64,000 bases of DNA from Verrucomicrobiota bacterium (GTDB taxonomy: Bacteria > Verrucomicrobiota > Lentisphaeria > Lentisphaerales > Lentisphaeraceae). Each line of letters opens with the position of its first letter. The stretch's first letter is position 1. The stretch covers positions 32,001 to 96,000 of the forward strand of contig JBDKFG010000003.1 in NCBI GenBank assembly GCA_039798785.1, given 5' to 3'. The notes below the pieces were generated by a model. That model worked only from the letters and a program-made list of their open reading frames with translations, did not search any database and was not told where the DNA came from. The translations under genes and the position numbers were made by a program. This document shows, piece after piece, positions 27,585 to 38,652 of this stretch.

Positions 27585-28726
27585 AGTAGGCTCCTGAGGG
27601 TGTCCACGACTTTGCGGAATTGCGGCTGAGTAATCACCGGGAACATCGGCAGGGAGATGGCTCCGGCGTAATAGGCTTCCGCCGCAGGAAACTGTCCTTC
27701 CTGGAAGCCTAGCCGGCGGTAGTGCGGCTGGGTGTGCACCGGGATGTAGTGGACGTTGACGCCGATGCCGGCGGCGCGCAGGCTCTTGAAGAGCTCGAGG
27801 CGGCGGGCGGGTTCGTGCAGCTGGATGGTGAAGAGGTGGTAGGCGCTACGGGTGTCGGCCTGCTCGGCTTGCCAAGACAGAGGCAGGCCTTGCAGGGCTT
27901 CCTGGTACTGCCTGGCAATCTCATTGCGGCGGCTGACATATTCATCCAGACGCTCAAGCTGGCTACGGCCGAGGGCCGCCTGCAGATCGGTCATGCGGTA
28001 GTTGTAGCCGAGATCGATCTGCTGGTAGTACCAAGGGCCCTGGCTGTCGCCGTCCATCTGCGCCGGATCGCGGGTGATGCCGTGGGAGCGGAAGAGCTGC
28101 AGCTTGCGGGCGAGTTCGGGGTCGCGGGTCAAGGCCATGCCGCCTTCGGCCGAGGTGACGATCTTGACCGGGTGATAGCTGAAAATGGTGATGTCGCTGC
28201 ATTGGCAGCTGCCGACGGCTTGGCCGCGATAGCTGCCGCCGACGGCGTGCGAGGCGTCCTCGATGATCTTGAAACCGAAGCGCCGGGAAAGGGCTTGAAT
28301 GGCGGCCATGTCGCAGGAGAGGCCGCCGAAATGCACCGGTACGACGATGGCGGGGAGCCTTCCGGTCTTCTCGGCGGCGAGGAGCTTCTCCTCCAACTTG
28401 AGCGGGCAGAGGTTCAAGGTGGCCGGGTCGATGTCGACGAAATCGACCTGGGCGCCGCAGTAGAGGGCGCAATTGGCCGAGGCGACGAAGGTGTTGGGCG
28501 AGGTCCAGAGGCTTTGTCCTGGACCCAGGCCCAGGGCCGCACAGGCGGCATGCAGGGCCGAGGTGGCGCTGTTCATAGCCACCGCAAAAGGTGCCCCGGA
28601 GAGACGGGCCTGCTCTTGTTCAAACTCCGGAACGGCGGGTCCCTGGGTCAGGAAATCCGAGCGCAGGACCCTAAGCACCGCTTCTTCGTCCTCCCGGGTG
28701 ATTTCCTGTCTGCCGTAGGGGATCAT
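27581..28726 (-). CDS. pseC: UDP-4-amino-4,6-dideoxy-N-acetyl-beta-L-altrosamine transaminase
   Basis: MIPYGRQ, LTQGP, NSATSALH, IIEDASHA, FSYHPVK, GYNYRMTD. Start set at ATG 28726, 2 nt after the pseB stop. Confidence 0.93.
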   Translation of the reverse strand: MIPYGRQEITREDEEAVLRVLRSDFLTQGPAVPEFEQEQARLSGAPFAVAMNSATSALHAACAALGLGPGQSLWTSPNTFVASANCALYCGAQVDFVDIDPATLNLCPLKLEEKLLAAEKTGRLPAIVVPVHFGGLSCDMAAIQALSRRFGFKIIEDASHAVGGSYRGQAVGSCQCSDITIFSYHPVKIVTSAEGGMALTRDPELARKLQLFRSHGITRDPAQMDGDSQGPWYYQQIDLGYNYRMTDLQAALGRSQLERLDEYVSRRNEIARQYQEALQGLPLSWQAEQADTRSAYHLFTIQLHEPARRLELFKSLRAAGIGVNVHYIPVHTQPHYRRLGFQEGQFPAAEAYYAGAISLPMFPVITQPQFRKVVDTLRSLL

Positions 28727-28728
28727 CT

Positions 28729-29742
28729 TCAGGCCTGGAAATCCGGGTCGACATGCTGGCGGATCAGGGTCCGGATCTCCTCGATGCCGAGCCACTGGGT
28801 GTTGCGACCGGAGTTGATGCTGAAGCCTGGCTCGACCTGGGTGGCGCGATTCTGGCTCAGATAGTCCTGGAGCGACCAGGATTGGCCGCTGACCGGCAGG
28901 ATGGCGTAGTACTTGCCGAGGTCGACGGTGGAGAAGGAGTCGGATTCGGTGATCATCTCTTCGTGGATCTTCTCGCCGGGGCGGATCCCGACCAGCTTGG
29001 TGGGGACGCCGGGGGCGATGGCTTCGGCCAGCTCGAGGATGCGGTAGGAGGGGATCTTGGGGACGAAGATCTCGCCGCCCCAGGAGTTGTTGATGGCGTA
29101 GGCGACCATTTCGCAGGCCTCGTCGAGGGTGATGTTGAAGCGGGTCATGCGTTCGTCGGTGATCGGCATGACCCCGGATTTGCGCTGCTTGAGGAAGAAG
29201 GGGATGACCGAGCCGCGGGAGCCCATGACATTGCCGTAGCGGACGACCGAGAAGCGGATGTCGTGGGCGCCTTTGACATTGTTGGCAGCGACGAAGAGCT
29301 TGTCGGAGCAGAGCTTGGTGGCGCCGTAGAGGTTGATCGGCGCCGCGGCCTTGTCGGTGGACAGGGCGACGACCTTCGAGACGCCGCATTTCAGAGCGGC
29401 GGAGATGACGTTTTCGGCGCCGATGATGTTGGTCTTGATGAATTCCGAGGGATTGTACTCGGCGGCGGGAACCTGTTTCAGGGCGGCGGCGTGGATGACG
29501 ATGTCGACCCCTTCGAAGGCGCGGACCAAGCGGGCTTCGTCGCGGACGTCGCCGAGGAAGTAGCGCATGATCGAACCCGGCGTTTCGTCGGAGTGAAGCT
29601 GCCGCATGTCATGCTGCTTCAGTTCATCGCGGGAGAGAATGATCAACTTCTTCGGCTTGCCCCGGGCCAATATGTATTCGACCATGGCTTTGCCGAACGA
29701 ACCGGTGCCGCCGGTGATGAGGATGGTTTTCTGGTCGAACAC
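28729..29742 (-). CDS. pseB: UDP-N-acetylglucosamine 4,6-dehydratase (inverting)
   Basis: ITGGTGSFG, SRDELKQ, AAALKQVPAAEYNP, LSTDKA..PINLYGATK, VRYGNVMGSRGSV, GIRPGEKIHE; GTG start with AGGAG RBS. Confidence 0.95.
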   Translation of the reverse strand: MFDQKTILITGGTGSFGKAMVEYILARGKPKKLIILSRDELKQHDMRQLHSDETPGSIMRYFLGDVRDEARLVRAFEGVDIVIHAAALKQVPAAEYNPSEFIKTNIIGAENVISAALKCGVSKVVALSTDKAAAPINLYGATKLCSDKLFVAANNVKGAHDIRFSVVRYGNVMGSRGSVIPFFLKQRKSGVMPITDERMTRFNITLDEACEMVAYAINNSWGGEIFVPKIPSYRILELAEAIAPGVPTKLVGIRPGEKIHEEMITESDSFSTVDLGKYYAILPVSGQSWSLQDYLSQNRATQVEPGFSINSGRNTQWLGIEEIRTLIRQHVDPDFQA

Positions 29743-29888
29743 GGGAAACTCCTAAGAATACGCATTGTAACGGCACCTAAGTTGGTCTTGGATGCCTCAT
29801 GCGCAAGCGACGCGGCAAAAAAAAGCCTCCACAGCCCAGGCTCCTTCTTGTCCTCCACACTGAAGCCGCTAGACTAGGGCAACTTCCA

Positions 29889-30800
29889 ATGGATCCCCAT
29901 TCTCCAATGCCTGCCCCGACCGTCAGCGTCATCATCCCTGCCTACAACGCGGCACGCTTCATCGGACGCACCATGGATTCCGTCTCTCGCCAAAGTTTCG
30001 ACGATCTGGAAATCATCGTCGTCGACGACGGCTCCACTGATGACACCGCAGAGATCGTTCTCAGTCATCCCGATCCGCGGATCCGGCTCATCCGGCAGGC
30101 CAACGCCAGTCAAGCGGCGGCGCGAAATCGGGGCATCGCCGCCAGCTCAGCACCTTACCTGAGCTTCCTGGATGCTGACGACCTCTGGACGCCGGACAAA
30201 CTGGCCAAGCAGGTCGCTGCGATGGGTGACGTGGATCTGTGCTGCACTGATGGATCCTCAATTGACCTCGAAGACGCCTTGATCCAAACCGGTATCTTTC
30301 CCGGTCATTCAGGCGCTGTCTGGGAGAAGTTGCTGACCAGAAACTTCATCGCCTGCTCATCAGTGATGCTCAGGCGTTCCGCTTTAGAACCTCTCGACGC
30401 GTACTTCCGGTTAGGGCGTCAAGGGTGTGAAGATTGGGACTTATGGCTCAGGGTGGCCGCAAGAGGAACTGTGCGACACCTGGCGGAAAATCTTCTGCTA
30501 TACCGTATCCATCCGGGGAATATCAGCAAAAGACTGGATTTGATGATCGCCAGCCAGAACCAAGTCCTCGAAGACGCCGCGGCAGCTCCACCTTTTGGCT
30601 TGCCGCCAGACCTGTTAGCCAAGAAAATCCGCCGCGCCAAAGTCCTGAATTCGATCCGGCATGGCCACCTCTGTCTGGCCACCCAACCTGACCAAGCTCA
30701 ATCCTACTTCACTTCCGCGATCCGCACCGAATGGTGGTACTGGAGAAGCTACTGGGGGCTCGCCAAAACTTTTCTCCTCAAGGCCAGAAACTCTCCATGA
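29889..30800 (+). CDS. glycosyltransferase family 2
   Basis: VSVIIPAYN, VVDDGSTD, AARNRG, FLDADD, EDWDLWLR; start could be 29889 or 29907. Confidence 0.92.
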   Translation: MDPHSPMPAPTVSVIIPAYNAARFIGRTMDSVSRQSFDDLEIIVVDDGSTDDTAEIVLSHPDPRIRLIRQANASQAAARNRGIAASSAPYLSFLDADDLWTPDKLAKQVAAMGDVDLCCTDGSSIDLEDALIQTGIFPGHSGAVWEKLLTRNFIACSSVMLRRSALEPLDAYFRLGRQGCEDWDLWLRVAARGTVRHLAENLLLYRIHPGNISKRLDLMIASQNQVLEDAAAAPPFGLPPDLLAKKIRRAKVLNSIRHGHLCLATQPDQAQSYFTSAIRTEWWYWRSYWGLAKTFLLKARNSP

Positions 30801-30874
30801 CGCAACTCCCGCCTCTTCTGTCTCACTTTTTCGCCTAGCCTGAATCCATAGACAAACTGAACACGGAAATAACT

Positions 30875-33071
<2,197 letters not shown>

Positions 33072-33085
33072 TCTCCGACCCCCAG

Positions 33086-34219
33086 ATGAAAGTCGCACTT
33101 CTCACCCACGAGCATCCGCTTAGCCCCCGTCCCGGGGGCATCGGCCGCTATTTGCGTGACTATGCTCCGGCACTGGCCAAGGAAGTCGAGGTCACTCTGA
33201 TCACCACGGAAGCTGGCCCTGAACTGCCAGGTGTCCGCCAGATCGTAGTGGATGGCTGGCGGAGCCTACCCAGCCCGGTGCGCACTTGGTTGCTTGCTGG
33301 TGAGATCGCCTCAAAGCTTCGCCAGATCCAACCGGACCTGGTGGAGGCTGCCAATTTTGGCGGGCTCGGATGTCAAGATGATGGACCTTGGGCGAAAGTC
33401 GTTCGCATGGCAACGCCGGTGAAGCACACGCCGGTCCGCCCCTCGTTCATGGCACGCCTAGCGCGACCTATCCACCATCGCTGGGAACAAGCCACTGCCG
33501 AACGCGCCGACTTGTGGATCAGCAACAGCGCCGCCAATGTCGAGACTTGTAAAGAGAACTATGCGTGCGACAAGCCGACACTAGTCGTTCCTCTTGGACT
33601 TAACCTGCAGCCAGCCCCTGTCCGGCCATCCCGTGGCGACCTCTTGTTTGTCGGTCGTATCGAAGTGCGCAAAGGAGTGGACACTCTTCTTCAGGCGTGG
33701 GATCGCGTCGTGCGCCAAGGTCTGACCGAGGGGACATGCTTGCACCTGGTCGGACGCGATATGGCAGGACGCCAAACCCCTAGTTTTCTCGGCGAATGCC
33801 TGGAAGGCCTTTCATTCAATGATCAGACCCTCAAAGTCCACGGCGGACTTTCAGAAGTCGAGTTGTCTGAGCTGCGGAGCCGTTGTGCCATCTGTGTCGT
33901 CCCTAGCCGCTATGAATCTTTCGGGCTCGTCTGTGTCGAAGCTTTTGCCGCCGGACATTGTGTCGTCGCAAGTGCAGCCGGGGGCCTGCAAGAAGTCGTC
34001 AAGGATAAGATAGACGGTCTGCTACTCCCGCCAGAATCGATCGAGGCTTGGTCGACGGCCTTGGCTCAACTGATTCGTGACAACGACATGAGGCAGAGGC
34101 TGGCCTTGGCCGGAAGCGAAAGTCTACGCCGCGATTTCAGCGTCGAAACCATGGTCAAGCGGTCAATCGAGGCTTATCGGCAAGCTATTGCCATCCGTGC
34201 CTCTAGGGGTTCGTCATGA
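33086..34219 (+). CDS. glycosyltransferase family 4
   Basis: PGGIGRY, FVGRIEVRKG, PSRYESFGLVCVEA. Confidence 0.9.
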   Translation: MKVALLTHEHPLSPRPGGIGRYLRDYAPALAKEVEVTLITTEAGPELPGVRQIVVDGWRSLPSPVRTWLLAGEIASKLRQIQPDLVEAANFGGLGCQDDGPWAKVVRMATPVKHTPVRPSFMARLARPIHHRWEQATAERADLWISNSAANVETCKENYACDKPTLVVPLGLNLQPAPVRPSRGDLLFVGRIEVRKGVDTLLQAWDRVVRQGLTEGTCLHLVGRDMAGRQTPSFLGECLEGLSFNDQTLKVHGGLSEVELSELRSRCAICVVPSRYESFGLVCVEAFAAGHCVVASAAGGLQEVVKDKIDGLLLPPESIEAWSTALAQLIRDNDMRQRLALAGSESLRRDFSVETMVKRSIEAYRQAIAIRASRGSS

Positions 34220-35088
34220 AAGTGACGATAGGACTGCCGTGCTATAATGCCGCCGCGTGGCTCACAGATTGCCTACAGTCCATCCTCAATCAGACTCATC
34301 AGGACTGGATCCTGTTGGCTGCAGACGACGGCTCTCAAGACACCACTTCAGACATCCTGAACTCCTTTGCTGCTCGGGATGCACGCATCGTTGTCATCCG
34401 CGACGGCAAAAACCTCGGACTTGCTGCTCGACTCAACCAATTCGCGCAACTGTGCGAAACCGAGCTGTTGTTCCGGATGGACTCCGATGACATCATGCAT
34501 CCCGAGCGGTTGGCGGTGGAAACTGCCTTCCTGATGTCAAAACCGTCCTGCGATCTGGTCGCAAGCTCTGTATATGCGATTGATGGCGCCAACCAGGTGC
34601 GCACCCTGAGAAAAGGTCGGGCTTCAATCCCTACATCGGAGGATTTATTCGCCGGGGAGGTCATCTTTCATCCCAGCGTCGCGGGGCGCAGAGACTGGTT
34701 CCGGAGCAATCCCTACGATGAAAATTTGCGACTGAGCGAAGATTATGAGCTGTGGTGTCGCCAAGCCGGCGAAATGAAGGTGGCAATTCTCGATCAGCCA
34801 TTGCTCTTCTACCGCGAGCATGGGAGCTTTAAGTATTCCAAATACCGATCTCAGGCCGCGATCACGGTGGCTGTTTTGCGGCGTCACGGCCAATCCCGAA
34901 TCGGCAGCATCGCCACCACCCGGTTGATCGCCATCCGCAAACTCAAGAACCTGGTTTACGCCATCATTAACGCCTGTGGCCAGTGGGAAAAAGCGCTTGA
35001 TCGACACGGCAATGCTCTTTCGCATGAACAACGAGAGGCGGCCGAAAGCGCCTTGCGGCAAGCGGTCGCACCCGTCACGAGTCTTTGA
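34216..35088 (+). CDS. glycosyltransferase family 2
   Basis: LPCYN, DDGSQD, NLGLAARLN, RMDSDD, HPSV, EDYELW. Confidence 0.9.
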   Translation: MKVTIGLPCYNAAAWLTDCLQSILNQTHQDWILLAADDGSQDTTSDILNSFAARDARIVVIRDGKNLGLAARLNQFAQLCETELLFRMDSDDIMHPERLAVETAFLMSKPSCDLVASSVYAIDGANQVRTLRKGRASIPTSEDLFAGEVIFHPSVAGRRDWFRSNPYDENLRLSEDYELWCRQAGEMKVAILDQPLLFYREHGSFKYSKYRSQAAITVAVLRRHGQSRIGSIATTRLIAIRKLKNLVYAIINACGQWEKALDRHGNALSHEQREAAESALRQAVAPVTSL

Positions 35089-35797
35089 TCGCCACAGCCA
35101 GCATATTCTGAGTGAGGACGTGGCGAAGCTCACCCGTTTCTGCGATCAGGCGCAGCCTTGGCACTAGGCTGAGCAAATGCCAAAGCCCCCATCTGATCCC
35201 ACTTTTAATCCCGTGCACGACCGGCGTATCTTCATGAAAGGATGAGGGCCGCAATCCACAGCAGCGGAAGATCTGTCGCAGGGAGCGCGTAGTGAAAGCC
35301 AGCTCATGTGTGAAATCGCCGTAGAGGACTTCCATTCCGTGTACCCCCGATGCGTTCGGAACATGGATGAGTATTTTACCTCCTGGCTTCAAAACGCGAT
35401 GACACCCATCAAGCAGATCAAAAACTTCCTGCTTGTCCAAGTGCTCGAGTATGTCCATGAGAAATATTGCGTCCACACTATCTGCCGCTTGCAGTGACAG
35501 GAAATCCTGAAGATCTCCACATTCCGCTTCATCAATACCCAGCGACCGCGCAACTGCCACCTGCTCCGCCGAACGGTCAACGCCCCGACAATTCTTGTAG
35601 CCTTGCTTCTTCAAGGCATGCAGCAAACGGCCATTCCCACAACCCAGATCAAATAAAATGGCTGTACGATCCTGATCTAAGTGTTTCCGGATCATGAGAT
35701 CCAGATATCGACTTTCCAGATCTGAAGGAGACGCAACCCGGATCGCCTGCCCCGAGCTGACATAACTATCGTAGAGACGTCGGCGCCATTCAGACAT
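35075..35797 (-). CDS. class I SAM-dependent methyltransferase
   Basis: LFDLGCGNG, GVDRS, DILEHL, RVLKPGG, DFTH; start 35797 or 35803. Confidence 0.88.
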   Translation of the reverse strand: MSEWRRRLYDSYVSSGQAIRVASPSDLESRYLDLMIRKHLDQDRTAILFDLGCGNGRLLHALKKQGYKNCRGVDRSAEQVAVARSLGIDEAECGDLQDFLSLQAADSVDAIFLMDILEHLDKQEVFDLLDGCHRVLKPGGKILIHVPNASGVHGMEVLYGDFTHELAFTTRSLRQIFRCCGLRPSSFHEDTPVVHGIKSGIRWGLWHLLSLVPRLRLIAETGELRHVLTQNMLAVAIKDS

Positions 35798-37160
35798 GAG
35801 CATTCTCCAAAGTCCTTAAGAGTCTTTGCGTCATCCGCTCCATCAGCTCCCGGTCGCCCCGGCTCTCGACATTGAGGCGCAAAAGCGGTTCGGTATTGGA
35901 GGCCCGGAGATTAAAACGCCATTCCCCCAGATCCATCGACAGGCCGTCGGTGCGGTCGACGGCGATCGCCACCGGGGCGAATTCGGCCTCGATGCGGGTG
36001 ATGGCTTGAGCAATGTCCGCCACCTGGCGGTTGATCTCGCCCGAACAGGGAAACAGACACTGTCGCTCAGCCACCAATGAAGAGAGGGACTGGCCCCGTT
36101 TGGACATCAAAGCCACGACCAGAAGCCAGGGGATCATGCCGGAGTCGCAGGAGTAGAAGTCGCGGAAGTAGTGGTGGGCGCTCATCTCGCCGCCGTAGAC
36201 CGCGTCAAAATCGCGCATCGCTTGCTTGATGAAGGCGTGGCCGGTGCGGCTCTGGATCGCTTGGCCGCCACTGGCTTGGACGATGTCGATGGTGTTCCAG
36301 GTGAGACGAGGATCATGAATGATCTTGGCGCCCGGGTGATCGATCAGGAAGGCCTCGGCGAGCAGGCCGACGAGGTAATAGCCCTCGATGAATTCGCCCT
36401 GCTCGTCGAAGAAGAAGCAGCGGTCGAAATCGCCGTCCCAGGCAAGGCCAAGGTCGCACCGGTGTTCGCGCACGGCGGCGGCGGTGAAGTCGCGGCATTC
36501 GGGCAGCAAGGGATTGGGGATTCCCGTCGGGAAGGTGCCGTCCGGATCGCAGCGGACTTGGACGAATTCGAGCGGCGATCCGGCTTCTTTGAGCTGCTTG
36601 ATGATAGCGTTCAGCGCCGGCCCGGCGACGCCGTTGCCGGCGTCGCAAAGGATGCGCAGCGGCTTGAGTTCTGCTGGCTTGATGAAGCTTAGGCATTTGG
36701 TTGCAAAAGCGACTCGGGTGTCCATCGACAGAAGTGCGCCAGGACGGGGCGATGAAGAGATTTCGCCTTCATTCATCACCAAATTCTCGACCTCCGCTAG
36801 GCCGTTCTCCCGGCTGATCGGGGTCGATCCCGGGCCAACGAACTTCATGCCATTGTAGTCGATCGGATTATGGCTGGCGGTGACGATGACGCCGAGATCG
36901 ACCCCCAGATGGGACGTGGCGAAATAGATCTCTTCAGTGCCGCAAAGGCCGATGTCGGTGACGGTGCAGCCGCCCTTCTGAAGGCCGCGAATAAGAGCTT
37001 CTTTGAGTCCGGGGGAGCTGAGGCGTGCGTCGTATCCGACGACCGCGCTCGTCGGCTTGCGGACGGCGCAAAGAGCCAGGCCGATGTGCTCGGCGCGAGC
37101 TTCGTCCAGATCCTCGCCAAGCTTGCCGCGGACATCGTAGGCCTTGAAGGGCGAACCCAT
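35790..37160 (-). CDS. manB: phosphomannomutase
   Basis: FKAYDVRG, TASHNP, DGDFDR, GEMSAHHYF, RASNTEP. Confidence 0.95.
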   Translation of the reverse strand: MGSPFKAYDVRGKLGEDLDEARAEHIGLALCAVRKPTSAVVGYDARLSSPGLKEALIRGLQKGGCTVTDIGLCGTEEIYFATSHLGVDLGVIVTASHNPIDYNGMKFVGPGSTPISRENGLAEVENLVMNEGEISSSPRPGALLSMDTRVAFATKCLSFIKPAELKPLRILCDAGNGVAGPALNAIIKQLKEAGSPLEFVQVRCDPDGTFPTGIPNPLLPECRDFTAAAVREHRCDLGLAWDGDFDRCFFFDEQGEFIEGYYLVGLLAEAFLIDHPGAKIIHDPRLTWNTIDIVQASGGQAIQSRTGHAFIKQAMRDFDAVYGGEMSAHHYFRDFYSCDSGMIPWLLVVALMSKRGQSLSSLVAERQCLFPCSGEINRQVADIAQAITRIEAEFAPVAIAVDRTDGLSMDLGEWRFNLRASNTEPLLRLNVESRGDRELMERMTQRLLRTLENAHV

Positions 37161-37161
37161 G

Positions 37162-38568
37162 TCAGGCTCTCCCGTAGCGGTCTTCGAAACGGACGATGTC
37201 GTCTTCGCCGAGGTAGGAGCCGATCTGGGTTTCAATCAGGACCAGGGGAATGCGCCCGGGATTGGCAAGGGCGTGTTTCATCCCGATCGGGAGGTACACC
37301 GCTTCGTTCTCATGAACATGAAGAATCTCGTCGCCGCGGGTGACCTCGGCGGTGCCGGAGACGACGACCCAGTGTTCGGCGCGATGATGGTGCAGTTGCA
37401 GCGACAGCTTGGCACCAGGCTTGACGGTAAGGCGTTTGACTTGGTAGCGATCCTGTCGGTCGATCTGCTCGTAGTGTCCCCAGGGACGGTGGACCTTGGT
37501 GTGATTGAGGTGCTCCTGCCGACCTTCCTTGTCGAGGCGGGCGACGATTTCCTTGACCTTTCCTGCCTGGTCCACCGTCGAGACTAGCAAAGCGTCACGA
37601 GTGTCAACAATGAGCAAGTCTTTGAGTCCGATGGCGGCGATTATGCGCTCTTCGCCTTGCACCAAGCAGCGGTCGCAGTCGACAAGCATGGCGTCGCCGA
37701 TGATGCTATTGCCTCGGGCATCTTTCCTACGGATTTCCTGCAAGGCCGACCAGGCTCCGACGTCGCTCCAGCCGGCGTCGAGAGGAACCATGACGGCATC
37801 GCGAGTCTTCTCCATCACCGCGTAGTCGATCGATTGGGCGGGGCAGGCCAGGAAGGCCTCGCGGGCGGGGCGAATGAAGTCTTGGTCAGGGGTTTTTCCG
37901 GCCATCGCAGTCCTGCAGGCGGCGAGGATATCGGGACGGTGCCTCCCGAGTTCTTCCAACAGGCGGTCAGCGCGGAAGAGGAACATGCCGGAATTCCAGA
38001 AATGCCCGCCGGCAGCCAGCAAAGTCTCGGCGGTGGCGAGGTCGGGCTTCTCGAGGAAGCGGCGGATCGGGCGAACTGGATCCGTTCCTTCCGCCTGGAT
38101 ATAGCCGTAGCCGGTATCGGGGCGGCTCGGGACGATGCCGAAGGTGACCAGCTTCCCGGCTTGCGCCGCCGGGATCGCAGTGCTAACCACTTGGCGGAAG
38201 ACGACGGGGTCGCGAATATCATGATCAGCGGCAAGGACCAGGAGGAGTTCAGCACCTTGGACGCGACTCTCCGCTTCGATCGCAGCGAGAGCCAAAGCTG
38301 GCGCGGTATTGCGTCCCGCCGGCTCGAGGATCAGACTGCCTTTAGCATCGATTTCGAGAAGTTGCTGGGCCGCGATGAATCTATGGTCTTCATTACAAAC
38401 GACGATGGGGGCGGAGAATTCCAGCCCTTTCAAGCGCAAGAGGGTTTCCTGGAGCATCGAATGTTTGCCGGTGAGCGGCAGGAACTGCTTCGGCATGAGC
38501 TGCCGCGACAGCGGCCAGAGGCGGGTGCCGGCGCCGCCGGACATGAGGACGGGAATCATCGGAGTCAT
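37162..38568 (-). CDS. manC: mannose-1-phosphate guanylyltransferase / mannose-6-phosphate isomerase
   Basis: GGAGTRLWPLSR...PKQF, EPAGRNTAPA, WNSGMF, SIDYAVMEK, HRPWG, HHHRAEHW. Confidence 0.96.
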   Translation of the reverse strand: MTPMIPVLMSGGAGTRLWPLSRQLMPKQFLPLTGKHSMLQETLLRLKGLEFSAPIVVCNEDHRFIAAQQLLEIDAKGSLILEPAGRNTAPALALAAIEAESRVQGAELLLVLAADHDIRDPVVFRQVVSTAIPAAQAGKLVTFGIVPSRPDTGYGYIQAEGTDPVRPIRRFLEKPDLATAETLLAAGGHFWNSGMFLFRADRLLEELGRHRPDILAACRTAMAGKTPDQDFIRPAREAFLACPAQSIDYAVMEKTRDAVMVPLDAGWSDVGAWSALQEIRRKDARGNSIIGDAMLVDCDRCLVQGEERIIAAIGLKDLLIVDTRDALLVSTVDQAGKVKEIVARLDKEGRQEHLNHTKVHRPWGHYEQIDRQDRYQVKRLTVKPGAKLSLQLHHHRAEHWVVVSGTAEVTRGDEILHVHENEAVYLPIGMKHALANPGRIPLVLIETQIGSYLGEDDIVRFEDRYGRA

Positions 38569-38652
38569 CCTTTTGCGATGTTTCCTCACAAGCTACTGCC
38601 GAAAACCGACAGGAAAACCGCAGGCTGCAATTTCCCTTGCTTCTCCTCGCCC

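Noticed and set aside
28727..29389. Arg-rich N-terminal extension making pseC 602 aa, an apparent fusion
   Set aside because: It is an alternative frame of pseB. The true pseC begins MIPYGRQ at 28726.
29760..29800. Second sigma-28 promoter upstream of pseB (GCCGTTAC on the minus strand)
   Set aside because: There is no TAAA-like -35 element at 15-nt spacing.
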